This document shows positions 52,931-64,000 of a stretch of DNA of 64,000 nucleotides, in pieces. The notes beneath the pieces were generated by a model, which ran no database searches, was not told the DNA's origin, and worked only from the letters and a program-made list of their open reading frames with translations. Every line of letters begins with the position of its first letter. Position 1 is the stretch's first letter. The position numbers and the translations under genes are program-made. Source of the DNA: Paraspadella gotoi (taxonomy: Eukaryota; Animalia; Chaetognatha); assembly GCA_051294375.1 (NCBI GenBank), contig CM119264.1:14720682-14784681 (forward strand). Reading direction: 5' to 3'.

Positions 52931-54830
52931 GATGTCGGCCTTTTTTAGGTCTTTACGATCTCGTCCTTCCTTTACTCTTCGATCCATATTTTATTAGAGA
53001 AATGCGAAAATATAAAAGCGTTTTTTAAAAGCGTTGGGTGAAAAAAAAAATCTCCTTCAACCGTTGCTAATTCTCCGAGTGAATTTTTTATCCTTATCCC
53101 TTTCTGCTTCGTTAATGAAGTCATTTTAGGGCGCATATGGGCGCCAAGTGTCGGAGAAAAGAGGTTGTGCGTATCTGCCTTTTCGTCTTTCAAATTTAAT
53201 TCATTTTCTTGCAATTTTTTAAGTTAATTAGTTTTCTCGGTTTTTTATTGGTTTAGAAAGATCTATGTAAATTACTTAAAACTTTGCGGTGATGTTTTGT
53301 TTATTATACGCAATGTGTCCAATCATCGATCAATTTCTGAAGCATTTAAAATATTTTTAAATATCTGAAGATTCGTCTTAGCTTTTTCAAATCAAAACTT
53401 GTCCGCTACTCGGTCAACTTTTTCAGCTCGTTTTCCTGTTCACAACCAGTTTTCAAATAACATTTTTTTCTGTCTAAATATATCAGAATCGGATTCGAAA
53501 ACATTTTGTAAAACCTCATTTTCAAATTTTTTTTCATATCTCCCTTACAATCGTCCGACAAAATTCTACTCTTGATTTCTGCTACGTATATACGTCAGCC
53601 GCGAATTACCGCTGTTATTTGTGACATTTTACTTCAGACATTTCTCATTCGAGCCACTGTTGATATGCACCATGTGTCTTTTTTTCTCTCTCTTTTTAAT
53701 ATCCTCACTTTTTTGCTTCATTTATCACTTTATCTCTTTCTTTTCAGATTTAATTATTCTCATTCTCATAGAGTTCGCGACCCCTTTCCCGGTTATTTCC
53801 TTTTTCCCTTCTCCATTCTTTTTCCCTAGACTCTATTTCACTTTCTATCTAGGAGGTTAATCCCACGACAATCCTCAACTTTTATTCCTAGTGTCCGTCT
53901 GTCTCTCGATTTCTCGCAATCTCCGTCTCAGCACGCTTGCTCTCCGCTTTTGAAATTCTTCCTTCTTTGATTGAATTTTAACTTTCCCTTGTCACCTCTC
54001 AGTTCTTACTTTTCTTTCAATTTAATCCCTAAGGCAAAAGGAAAATCCTATATCTCTGTTGCCCTTTCATCTCTCCTTCCTTCCTGACCATATTCTACGC
54101 TTATTTTTCTTATCTACTACTTACTTTGTAAAATTTATTTCGCGTAAAAAAATCTTCCGTTCATTTAAATACATTAGTTTAAAATTTTTTTTTTTAAATT
54201 ACGGATTCGAATACTGTGCTTGTCTTAACCCTCTGGTTATTTTTTTGGTAAGTGTGTTTGTGATGGTGTTCGTTAAAAAATAATTTCCTTTTTTTTCTCT
54301 CAATCCAAACTAGACATTAATATTCTCAGCGAAACTCTCTCGTCTTAAGAAAGAATATCTCCTCTGCTCTCCTTTCTTTTGTTCTTTTCCCCATTCTTTT
54401 CTCTTTTTTAAATTTGTTCTTTTCTTTTTTAAATCCTTGCGCGACCTAATCCTGTTTGCGAACAGCGTTGTCGTCGCGCTCGTCTGGTGGCGCCTTTCTT
54501 TCCTTCTGTCTCTTCATCTAATTTTTTTTTCCTTCTTCCTCGGTCTCCACCTTTATGTTCATTTTCTTTTCTTGTCTTTGCGAGAATCTACATACTAATA
54601 ATATAATATTTCGTATTCGTTTTCAATTCTTTCTCAACTCTTTCTTTTCCCTCCCCGCAAGTCGCGCGTTTACTGAAAAGAAATTAGTTGGCGGAAATTG
54701 AGAATTTAAAACTGGAAGCAAGATTTAAAAACTAGGAGGGAAAAATCGAGATTGAAGGTAAGAACCTTCTTTTGAAAGTTTTAACCAGGTTGTTAATTTT
54801 CTTTTAAATTTTGTATGTTTTTTCAGTAGG

Positions 54831-54865
<35 letters not shown>

Positions 54866-54876
54866 TCTCCTCTCTC

Positions 54877-54938
<62 letters not shown>

Positions 54939-55584
54939 CCCCTAAATTCGTTTACCGATCTCTGCCGTGAAGGGTGGCGGATGAATGAGCATGCTTCCCT
55001 TTAAGTGCCCGGAAAAAAGTTGTAAAGACAAGGATTTCCCATTCGAACGATACGGAGACTACGGCTATTATTTACAGCGCGTTTTGAGTATCACTCGAAT
55101 AGTTTTATGTATTGTGGACGAGACAATATATATATAATCTAATATATTCTATAATCTAGCATAATGAGTTTTTACTAGCAAACATAGCTTCGTACATCTA
55201 CGAATTAAATTTTATTAATAAATAAAAAAATAAGTACGTACAATATTTTCCTGCTCGTATTTTATAATTGCAATACAGAAATACATCGTAGTGGAAGTTT
55301 TTTTTTTTAAATTTTTCTCGATGATGGTCGAAGGAGGAAATAAGGTTGAAGTACGAAGGATAATAACAAGAACGGTGATTCCAATGTGTTACGCCGCAGT
55401 GAATATATTTTCACGTGTATTTCCCTTTAATCACATTAATGACATGATATTACTAAAAAACTTACTTCGCCCTTGTATTTATGACATACACTGCATCGAA
55501 ATTCCGTCTTTTATTCCTTATAGTTTGAGGATTTCCTGAACGCGGCGCTAGCAGTCCCTTCGATTTGTCTTAATTAACAAGCGA

Positions 55585-55685
55585 TGGGCGAATTATATAC
55601 ATTTTTAACATAAGTGGGACCGACTGACGGACAGACATACCGACCGACCGACCAAAAAGTGACGAAAAGTTGCTACGCGACTAAA
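55585..55685 (+). mobile_element. HINE/DINE-like repeat copy
   Basis: TTTTAACATAAGTGGGACCGACTGACGGACAGACATACCGACCGACC...GCGACTAAAAA. Confidence 0.55.
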
Positions 55686-58489
55686 AAAAAGGAAAAACGT
55701 AGAAAACTTGAAGAAAACAAATGAGGAAAGAAGAAAAGAAAGATAAGGGCGAGAGTCCGAGGAACGAAAATATAAGACAAGGGTTAAATCATAAGTGAAA
55801 GTATAAAGATAGAGGGACAGAGAGGAAGCGAAAACAGAGAGAGGAGAAAAGTAGAACCGATAAGAAAGTTTGGGGCAGGGAATGACAAATGCCTCTGCCT
55901 CATACTAAATTTATCGTTGCTGCCAGAAATAAAAAAAGGCGCTTTTTGGAGCTTTCAGATTTTTTTTGGGGGGGGGGGTTTGGAGGGGGGCGGAACCTGA
56001 TGGAAATTTAAAAGTGGCCAAAATGGAAAAAAAATGCCTTTTATTTTCCATTTTTAAGCGACTGAAGTTTTTCTAAGCGACGTCTTAAAGAAGATGTACA
56101 AAGACGAAGGCTGAAAAGGAAAAGTTTAACGATATATTTTTTTGAATAAATAACAGAATTTAAGTTTAACTGAGAATCACAAAGCGAGAATCTTAGAAAA
56201 AGAACGAGGCGGTGGCGTCTATGGCCGAGTTTGGATTCGAAACGACTTTTTATGATTTTTCATGATAAATTTTGATCGTCATTTGCAAATTAGTTCCGAT
56301 CCTCGCCCGGTCCACCCACCCACGCCGCCTCCTTTTCTTCTTCCTCTCATTGTTCCTCCTCTTCTTGTTTCTCCCCTCGCTCCTCCTCTTCCGTTTCCTC
56401 CTCCTCCTCGTCCTCCTATGGACGTTTCTTTCCGTTTCTCGACCGCGACAAAAACTCAAAAGACGCCTCCCTCTGGTTTTTTTCTCGTTCGGAAAAACCC
56501 GGACTTTTGCTCGGGAGTGCGTACAATCTGGTTTCCTTGATAGATCTAGAGAGACTCCTAATCAGAGTTTCAGCGGTCGAAGGAAGTAAAAACTTCAATC
56601 TGAAACTACTCGTACTTACATCCTCGAGCTGAGGCAATGGTTGCTTCGCCCCTACTGTGGAGCGTGGACGCCAATGTTCCCTTCATCCCGCATAAAGGAG
56701 CGCCTCTGTCCCTCTGTCCATCTCCTGCGATTCTCCTTTCACTCGCATCTTAATCCTCTTAAATGAGTTCGTCCGTTAATCATTCGTTATGCGTCCAACC
56801 GCTCATCCTTTTTCACATAAAGATGAAAAAAAAAAAAAGAAGGGAGAATCTGTGACTCGTTCTCGCTCTGCAAAATATAATCGTTGTGCCGAGTTTCTGC
56901 CATGGAGCAGAGACTGATGAAAAAATTTATAAAATCACTCTTTGAAAAAAAATTGTATAATATTTTTTTTTCCTCTGCGGTAAAAGAGTTTTTGGAATAT
57001 GCTGCAATTATCGTAATAGAAAAGATATGCAATATTATTTTACTATGTACAATGGCGATTACGCACTTGTTCACTTTTTTTAGTCGCGGCCATCATGTTT
57101 ATTCACTTTCGTTCCTCAATTGAATGTCCTTCAACCGTAACTGGATCGTTCATCTCCTTTCCGCGCATCCAAGCCCCCGGCTGTTTTGCCAACGAGTCAA
57201 TCGTTCGAAAAATTTGCACAAAAGGATTTTTTTATTGCGAAATTTCGACGGACGAAGCGAGTGACTCCAAGCGATACCAAAAGAAAATTTCCATTTCCAC
57301 GCATATGGATTCTCATGAAAAAAGTTTAGATTTAAGGAAACCTTCCTTGTTCTCCGATAAAGAAATAAAAAAATGGTATTTATACAGGGACTTCGATCTG
57401 GTCTAATAGGAAAAAAACTTGTAATATAATCGAAGTGAAGAGCATTCGCCATTCGGGTTATAAAATTTTTTCATACTAATAGAAAAATACTTGACTTTTT
57501 TTCCCAACAAATTCGTAACATTCTAGCTAGGATAGTTGCTAATTTATAAACATTTTCTGAATTATGAATTTCTGAAGAAACATTTTTTACTTTGAAATTT
57601 TTACTTTGAAAGTGGATCTTACTATCAATCCTTCAGTTACCATTAAAACAATAAAAAAATTGTTATGCTTCATTTTTCTTATTGATACTGTAGTATATGT
57701 ATCACGAACCAGAATTTTAAAAAATTGTATAATATAAGTAATACTTGATAATAATCATTACTTTTCTTTTTAAAATCTATTAAAAATAAAAATTTCAGCT
57801 TGGGGGAAAAAAATTACGAAAGACGACTTTGTTGATAAATAATAGTTACCATAGTAAATAAGTTAGGTTTTACATGAAATTTTTTTTATAATAACAAATC
57901 ACCAAACTTACTTTTTCTCACCAAAATTTTTTATTTTTATGTAAGATAACTTTACAATCAGCATTAAAAACTGTTAAAATTTGGACGAAAAAAAAATGAA
58001 GAAAAGTGACTCCGCGCTTGAGAGCCACTGTGATAATACTATTAAGAAATTTTAACATTTTTTACATCAACATAAACGTCAAGTAGTTTTTTAACTAATA
58101 TATTATAAAAATAATATACAGTGAAAGAATTACGAGTTTAATAAAATCTTTCCGCATCGGTCCAGATTGAAGTTCCTGTACATAAAGACTCTCATGCAAA
58201 ACGCAAATCTCGGATGTTTTTGTTATTATCCTATTTTTATAAAGATTCGGTTTGGAATGGAAACCAACATCGTCTTCCGCGCGCAATAGAATTTTTTTTC
58301 GGGTTTTCGGTTTTATATCGATTTTTGCGCTTTCTTTTCTTTTTCCCCGCGACGCTGAGTTCGTTCTTTCTACCCTAATCAAAATTTCTCAGTCACGTGT
58401 GTCCTGTGTTCGCTTATTTTTTTTATTTTCGTTTCACCAATTTTTTTCTCTCTATATTCCTACCTTCCTCCCTTCCTTATATATATCCT

Positions 58490-58835
58490 TCGCTTCCTTC
58501 CTTCCTTCCTTCCTTCCTTCCTTCCTTCTTTCCTTCCCTTCCTTACTTCCTTAGATTCCTTGATCCTTCCGTCCTTCTTTTCTCTGTTTTCCTTCCTGCT
58601 TTTCTTATTGCCTTCCTTTTTTCTTCCTCCCTTTCTCCTCCCTCCCTTCCATCCTTCCTTCCTTCCTTCCTTCCTTCCTTCCTTCCTTCCTTCCTTCCTT
58701 CCTTCCTTCCTTCCTTCCTTCCTTCCTTACTTCTTTCCTTTCTTCCTTCCTTCCTTGATTCCTTTTTTCCTTTTCTCCTCTCCTTCCTTCCCTTCCTTTT
58801 TCCTTCCTTCCTTCTTTTTTTCTTTCCTTCCTTCT
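58490..58835. repeat. (CCTT)n microsatellite
   Basis: Long degenerate CCTT array. Confidence 0.9.
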
Positions 58836-59799
58836 TTTCATTCCCCCATCCTTTCAATCCTTACTTATTTGCCTTTTTTTTTCTTTCCACTCCATCGTTC
58901 CCACTTTTTAATATCCAGATTTCTCACTCGTCCTAATCCTCTTCTCTCGCTGTTGCAGTCTTCGGTTGTGACCTTTTAAGGTTAAGTCTCGTCATGAAAA
59001 GGGAAAAAATGTTGTCGCCTTTTCGCATCTTTCGTCACTCAAAAACTCCAACCTTGAATTTTTTGGGGTTATTTTTTTTTTTAGTTCCGACATATAAAAA
59101 TATTTAAAAAAATTATGACCTGTCAGCAATGTCTAACAGTCTGCAATTAGTAACTTGTCCGAACGTCGAATTTTGATGTCGGCAAAAATAACAAAAAGTT
59201 TACAGTCGATTCGAAAAAAAAAAAAAGAAATTAGAAAGCTGTGAAGTTTTTCAAGATTTCACCCTTGTAAGATTTGAAAGAATTTTCCTTTTGGTATCTT
59301 CTTCGCGAAATTCGAGAAAAAAGATTCTCTTCGCAAGACGCGGATTTCCCAAGATCATCAATCCTCATTTACAAGAATTTAAATAACGGATTAGGGTGAA
59401 ACTTTCGGCCTTTCGTTCTGTCAGTCAGTATGTGCTTACTGCTTAATATTAGATATTAGTATTAGATATCGGAGATCGGAGATCTAAAAATTACCATAGA
59501 ATGTAACAGTTTGGTTTAATCTGGGAAAGATAGTGAGATTATTATTTTATGGAAGTAATAGTAGATGTAATCTTCCTTTCTCTGGTCAGTTCTAAACGCA
59601 AATGAAGAAAAATGGCGAAGAATCAGAAAAAACAGTAGAAAAATGGAACAAGGAAACTTTGTCTCATTAAAGTTCATTGGAATTCATCAGCCAGCGCGGA
59701 AGGAAGAGAATGTTTATTCTCAACCTCAAGAGATGGACGACAAAATTAAATCGAGAAACTCTTAATAGTATATCATTATGAGGATAATAAGAAGATAAC

Positions 59800-59873
<74 letters not shown>

Positions 59874-61977
59874 AAGAAAAAATTTACGTCTAAATATGTG
59901 ACTTCACCCACATTTTCTTAGTTTTCAAAAGCTCCGTTCTTTTAGGTCCGCGTTCTTTTCAACTTTTTTTTTACTTTGACACGGCACCCGAACTTGGCAC
60001 CCAGAGTGGCGCACTGAGTGGAACCGAGAGGAGGTGTCCGAATTGGGGCAATTATCGGCGCCCTGCGGCGTCAGGTCCCTTGTCCGTGGCGTCACACTTT
60101 AGTCCCCCGTCGCGTCAACTGAAAATTGAATTCGGAAAAAGATGGTGAAACGTTTTCGCTGAGAACCTTTCGACAAACTCTTTGACGATTACACTTTTTA
60201 AACTTTCTCGTTTTAACAAACTCAAAGTCAAACTTGGTATTTTCTTTTCTTTAAAGTTTAATCTCATCCAACTTTCATGAGATTCGCTCTTTTCCATTTT
60301 TCCATTTTTCCTTTCTTCGATTTTCCGATTCCATTATCAATACTCGGTTCTCTCCGGCGCCACGATTGAGTTATGAACTTTCCTTGCCTTTTATAGAGTA
60401 AATAATGGAAAAGAAACACAAAGTAGGTCCAACTGGAAAGAGCAAAAATATTCCTGTACCATTTCCCCCCCCCCTTTTTTTCCCTTTTTGTACTTTAATG
60501 TCATGATTTTCATGAACGTTGTAAACTTTAAGGACAAATAAATCTGAGATTTTACTTATCCCACCGCTCAGCCTTTTCCAACTGGGAAGATTTTCCGCTT
60601 TTCGTAAATTATGAGAATAACTTTAGCTTTTCGTGGGAGGAATGAAATTTAAAATCCCACTGAAGATCTCGTGCTTCCCACTGTCAATGACAGTCGGAAA
60701 GAAATCTAGCTCATTCTTTGAATATGTTTTTTTTTATAATTTTTGTATTCTTTATTTAATGTATTATTTGTTTAACTGTAATTGCAGATAAAAATTTCTA
60801 CAACCCTTTACCGTATCATGTTGTAATGGATCCCCTCGAACAATCAACAATCAACAATCGACGGTTTGCAACAATCACGGCCTTCTAATGCATATATAAA
60901 TATATAAATGAAAGACCTAAGACTGATATAATAATTGCTAAGTAGTACGTTTACTGAACTAAACAAAGTGAAATTAGCACTCTGTGAATCGCTTCTACTA
61001 CCACTAAATTTCGTTTCATCAGTGCAAAATTAAAACCTCTTCGACGGCGCGCCATCTTCCAGCAGACCTCGGAAATGGCCGAACCTCGAAGCCGATTCGT
61101 TGCGCAAAGACTCGGGGCTGAAAATATGGGGAACAGAAAACATGACTTGAGATATCGGAGATCGGCAATCATTGCGAGATCCGCGCGCGAGGTGAATCCA
61201 AACTCGTTTTTCCGATCTAGATCGATCGGCGAATAAATATCGGTCATTGTAATCAATGTAATCAATGTACTGGCCGACCTAAAGAAAAGAGGCTTTTTGC
61301 TTTCGAAGATCTGCTCGCGACCGTGTGGAGGTTAACAAATTTATTGATATAAAAGAAAAATACGGTTGACTGATAAGATTTTTAATTATGAATCCCTGGT
61401 TTCATGACCTTAATATTCACGGCTCGTCGCCTCGTCTCCTCGCAGATGTTCGTCCTCGCAATCATGGATAAACCGAAACTCTGTCAGAATTAAGAAAGTT
61501 TGAACAAAGTTTAAACAAATGAACTCTGAACCAACTTATACTACAAAGATTTTTAAAAGGAAATAAGGAAAAAGAAAAAAAAAACAGCGGCAGAAAAAAA
61601 AATGGAAGAACAATCGCAAGAACGGCAGCCCTCTATCGGAACGAATCGACACAGGAGTAAATGAAAAAAAAACAAAACAAAAACAAACTCAAACGCAGAT
61701 AAAACAAAAAGGAAACCACTAATAAAAAAAAAAGCCATGGAAGATTTTTTCGATGCGAGCGAAGAAACCTTAGACCTTCCATCGACTTCCCCTTCCTCCC
61801 TTTCCTCCGTCAGGTCTTCCCTTTCCTCCTCCCATTCCTCCCTTTCCTCTTCTCCTTCTGAGGCCAATTTCCCCTTCCAAACTCCCTCCTCTCCCCTCCC
61901 TTCTTTCAATGCTTCCTCTACTCTCTTCTCTTTCTATTTATTGGGTGAGTAGAAGGTTGAGTGAGAGAGCGTTAGTC

Positions 61978-62033
<56 letters not shown>

Positions 62034-62116
62034 AGAAAAATCGAGAAGAGAAGAAAGCGCGTCAGTCGGTTAGTCATAAAAGAGAGAGAGACTGAGAGAG
62101 AGAGAGAAGAGAGAGG

Positions 62117-62154
<38 letters not shown>

Positions 62155-62227
62155 AGAGGAAGAGAGAGAGAGAGAGAGAGAAGCGAGAGAGGAGACAGAG
62201 AGAGAGAGATAGCAGAGGGAGAGAAGA

Positions 62228-62267
<40 letters not shown>

Positions 62268-62590
62268 CCGCAACGGGCAATAATTATCGCCAGCCAAAAG
62301 TAGTCACAGAATAAAGAGGAACAAACAAAGAGACAGAAAAAAGAAACAGAGCTAAGAAAAGGGCAAGAACGACTAATGGAGGCTCAACGAAAAAGAAAGC
62401 AGAAGAGAGGTCATTGGTTGGGATGAGATTGAACAAAAGAAACGGGTCCAAGTGGGATAGGCAAGAAGGGGAGAATTTGCCGAGTGGGAACTGAGATGAG
62501 GTGATAAAAGGTTTGAGCAAGAGGATGCGTTAAAAGTGAATGAGTCATGCAAATCGTCTTGAAGGGAAGATTGAAAGATGGAGGAGTGCA

Positions 62591-62924
62591 TCGGTCCGCG
62601 GTCGGTCGCCGGTCGGTCGGTCGGGATCGTTCGGTCGGTCGGTCGGTCCGGTCGGTTCGGTCGGTGATCGGTCGGTCGGTCGGTCGTCGGTGGTCGTCGT
62701 CGTGGTCGGTCGGTCGGGTCGGTCGCGTCGAGGGTCGGTCGGTCGTCGTCGGGGTGGCGGTCGGTCGGTCGGTCGGTCGGTCGGTCGGTCCGGTCGGTCC
62801 GGTCGTGGTCGGTCGGTCGGTCGTCGGTCCGTCGGTCGGTCGGTCGGTCGGTCGTTCGGCGGTGTCGGTCGCTGCGCGGCTGGGGGTGCGATCGGTCGGT
62901 CGGTCGGTCGGTTCGGCGATCGGT
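62591..62924. repeat. (GGTC)n microsatellite
   Basis: ~330-bp degenerate GGTC array, with the same unit as the tracts in the HINE-like repeats. Confidence 0.9.
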
Positions 62925-64000
62925 AGAAATCCTGGGGATTTTCGAATTTCAGCTCCGGAATGAGATTGGGCTCCGAGAAGACGCGTCTCTCGACCATCTG
63001 TTTAAGTCGTCGCCTCCGCGGGGTCGGAGGACGAGTTGTCGTCGTCGTCGTCGATGCGTCGTTGTTGTCGATGCAACAAGCCGGGAAATCGGTTTTACTT
63101 TCGGAAGATGTTTACGCAATCGTTGTTTTTTTTCCGCCTTTATTTTGTGATCCTTGAATTCAATATTTTGTTGGTATTCTATTCTTTATTAACTTTTCCA
63201 CTTATCACCGCTACTGTCGTTTTGCGGTTTGCCCTCTCAAAAGCTATTCTGGTTTTGAAATCGAAAAAAAATTTCGATTAAATTTTCGACAAAGAAGATC
63301 GCAAGAAAAAAAGAGCAGCGCGGGAAAGAATAGAAGATAAACGAGTATGCAAATGAGAATTCATTCCGAGGTCCTTTCTAACTTTTTGACAAGTTCCCTC
63401 AGATTTTACAGTACGTGGAAGTAATAAAATTGTCCTAACAAAACCTAAGGTTGAAACGGATCCAACGATGACACGAAAACCGACAAATCCAGAGATAAAA
63501 CTGACAAAAAATATAGAAAAATATCGCGATGATTTTAAAGACGACAAGAAGACGGAAAAATCGATGACGGAAAAGTGAGAAAAAACCTACAGGAAAAGCG
63601 AAATCATTACTACGACATTAGTAATATTAATATCATCAGAATTTTTTGCCAATTTCTAAACAAAAATATATCACAAGTAAGAAGAAGAGGTGACAGATAC
63701 CTGAAAGGCTTTAAATGAGCCTAAATGTAATGTAACAATATATTCTCTATGTGAGTCTTAGACTAAAAATTTATCAAAATCTAAAGGTATAAAAAAGAGA
63801 GAAGCAATCATATATATTAATAGGAAGAGATCGTCTCATAGATAAGAATCGAGGCGAACGAGATATGACGTCAGCGATAAGATTTGTGGCGTCGAGGTTA
63901 TGACGGCGTGGGGAGCCGGGTCTAAAAAACTAAGAGTAGTAAGCGGGCGTTGGTAAGTTGACCGCGAAAACGATGAGAGCCCTTGGCAAGATGAAAAACT

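Noticed and set aside
61000-61026. Minus-strand CTGATGA-AAC-GAAA-TTTA motif
   Set aside because: Stem II is absent and it lacks the family CATGT signature; likely chance.
62540-62997. Arg/Gly/Ser- and Pro-rich ORFs
   Set aside because: These are translations of the (GGTC)n microsatellite.

Overview
Eukaryotic (invertebrate metazoan, probably bilaterian) genomic DNA: AT-rich introns and intergenic DNA, GC-rich exons, many (GA)n/(AAAG)n/(CCTT)n/(GGTC)n microsatellites, one 25-N gap, and signs of long-read indel errors and duplicated segments at 33.8-37.8 kb. Most ORF-track entries are microsatellite or antisense artefacts. Splicing exons by hand with phase checks gives these genes: part of a nesprin-1/MSP-300-like spectrin-repeat gene (+, ~1.0-4.1 kb); a small orphan two-TM protein gene with a 254-aa ORF in its first intron (+, 5.8-8.4 kb); a 9-exon three-domain gelsolin/severin-like gene (-, 9.8-13.8 kb); an FMRFamide/sex-peptide-receptor-like peptide GPCR (+, 16.8-18.5 kb); an intronless type II membrane protein resembling a degenerate LicD/fukutin enzyme (-, 20.5-21.6 kb); a 3-exon 120-aa candidate amidated neuropeptide precursor that the ORF track does not assemble (+, 24.0-25.3 kb); an astacin metalloprotease (+, 30.1-~36.8 kb); and an SCaMC-type SLC25 carrier with no visible EF-hands (+, 44.2-46.1 kb). 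Non-coding highlights are dispersed minimal hammerhead ribozymes in Penelope-like element remnants, TA-flanked MITEs, a tRNA-derived SINE, and a ~270-nt GC-rich multi-hairpin element upstream of gelsolin. I found no convincing coding exon in 46-64 kb.
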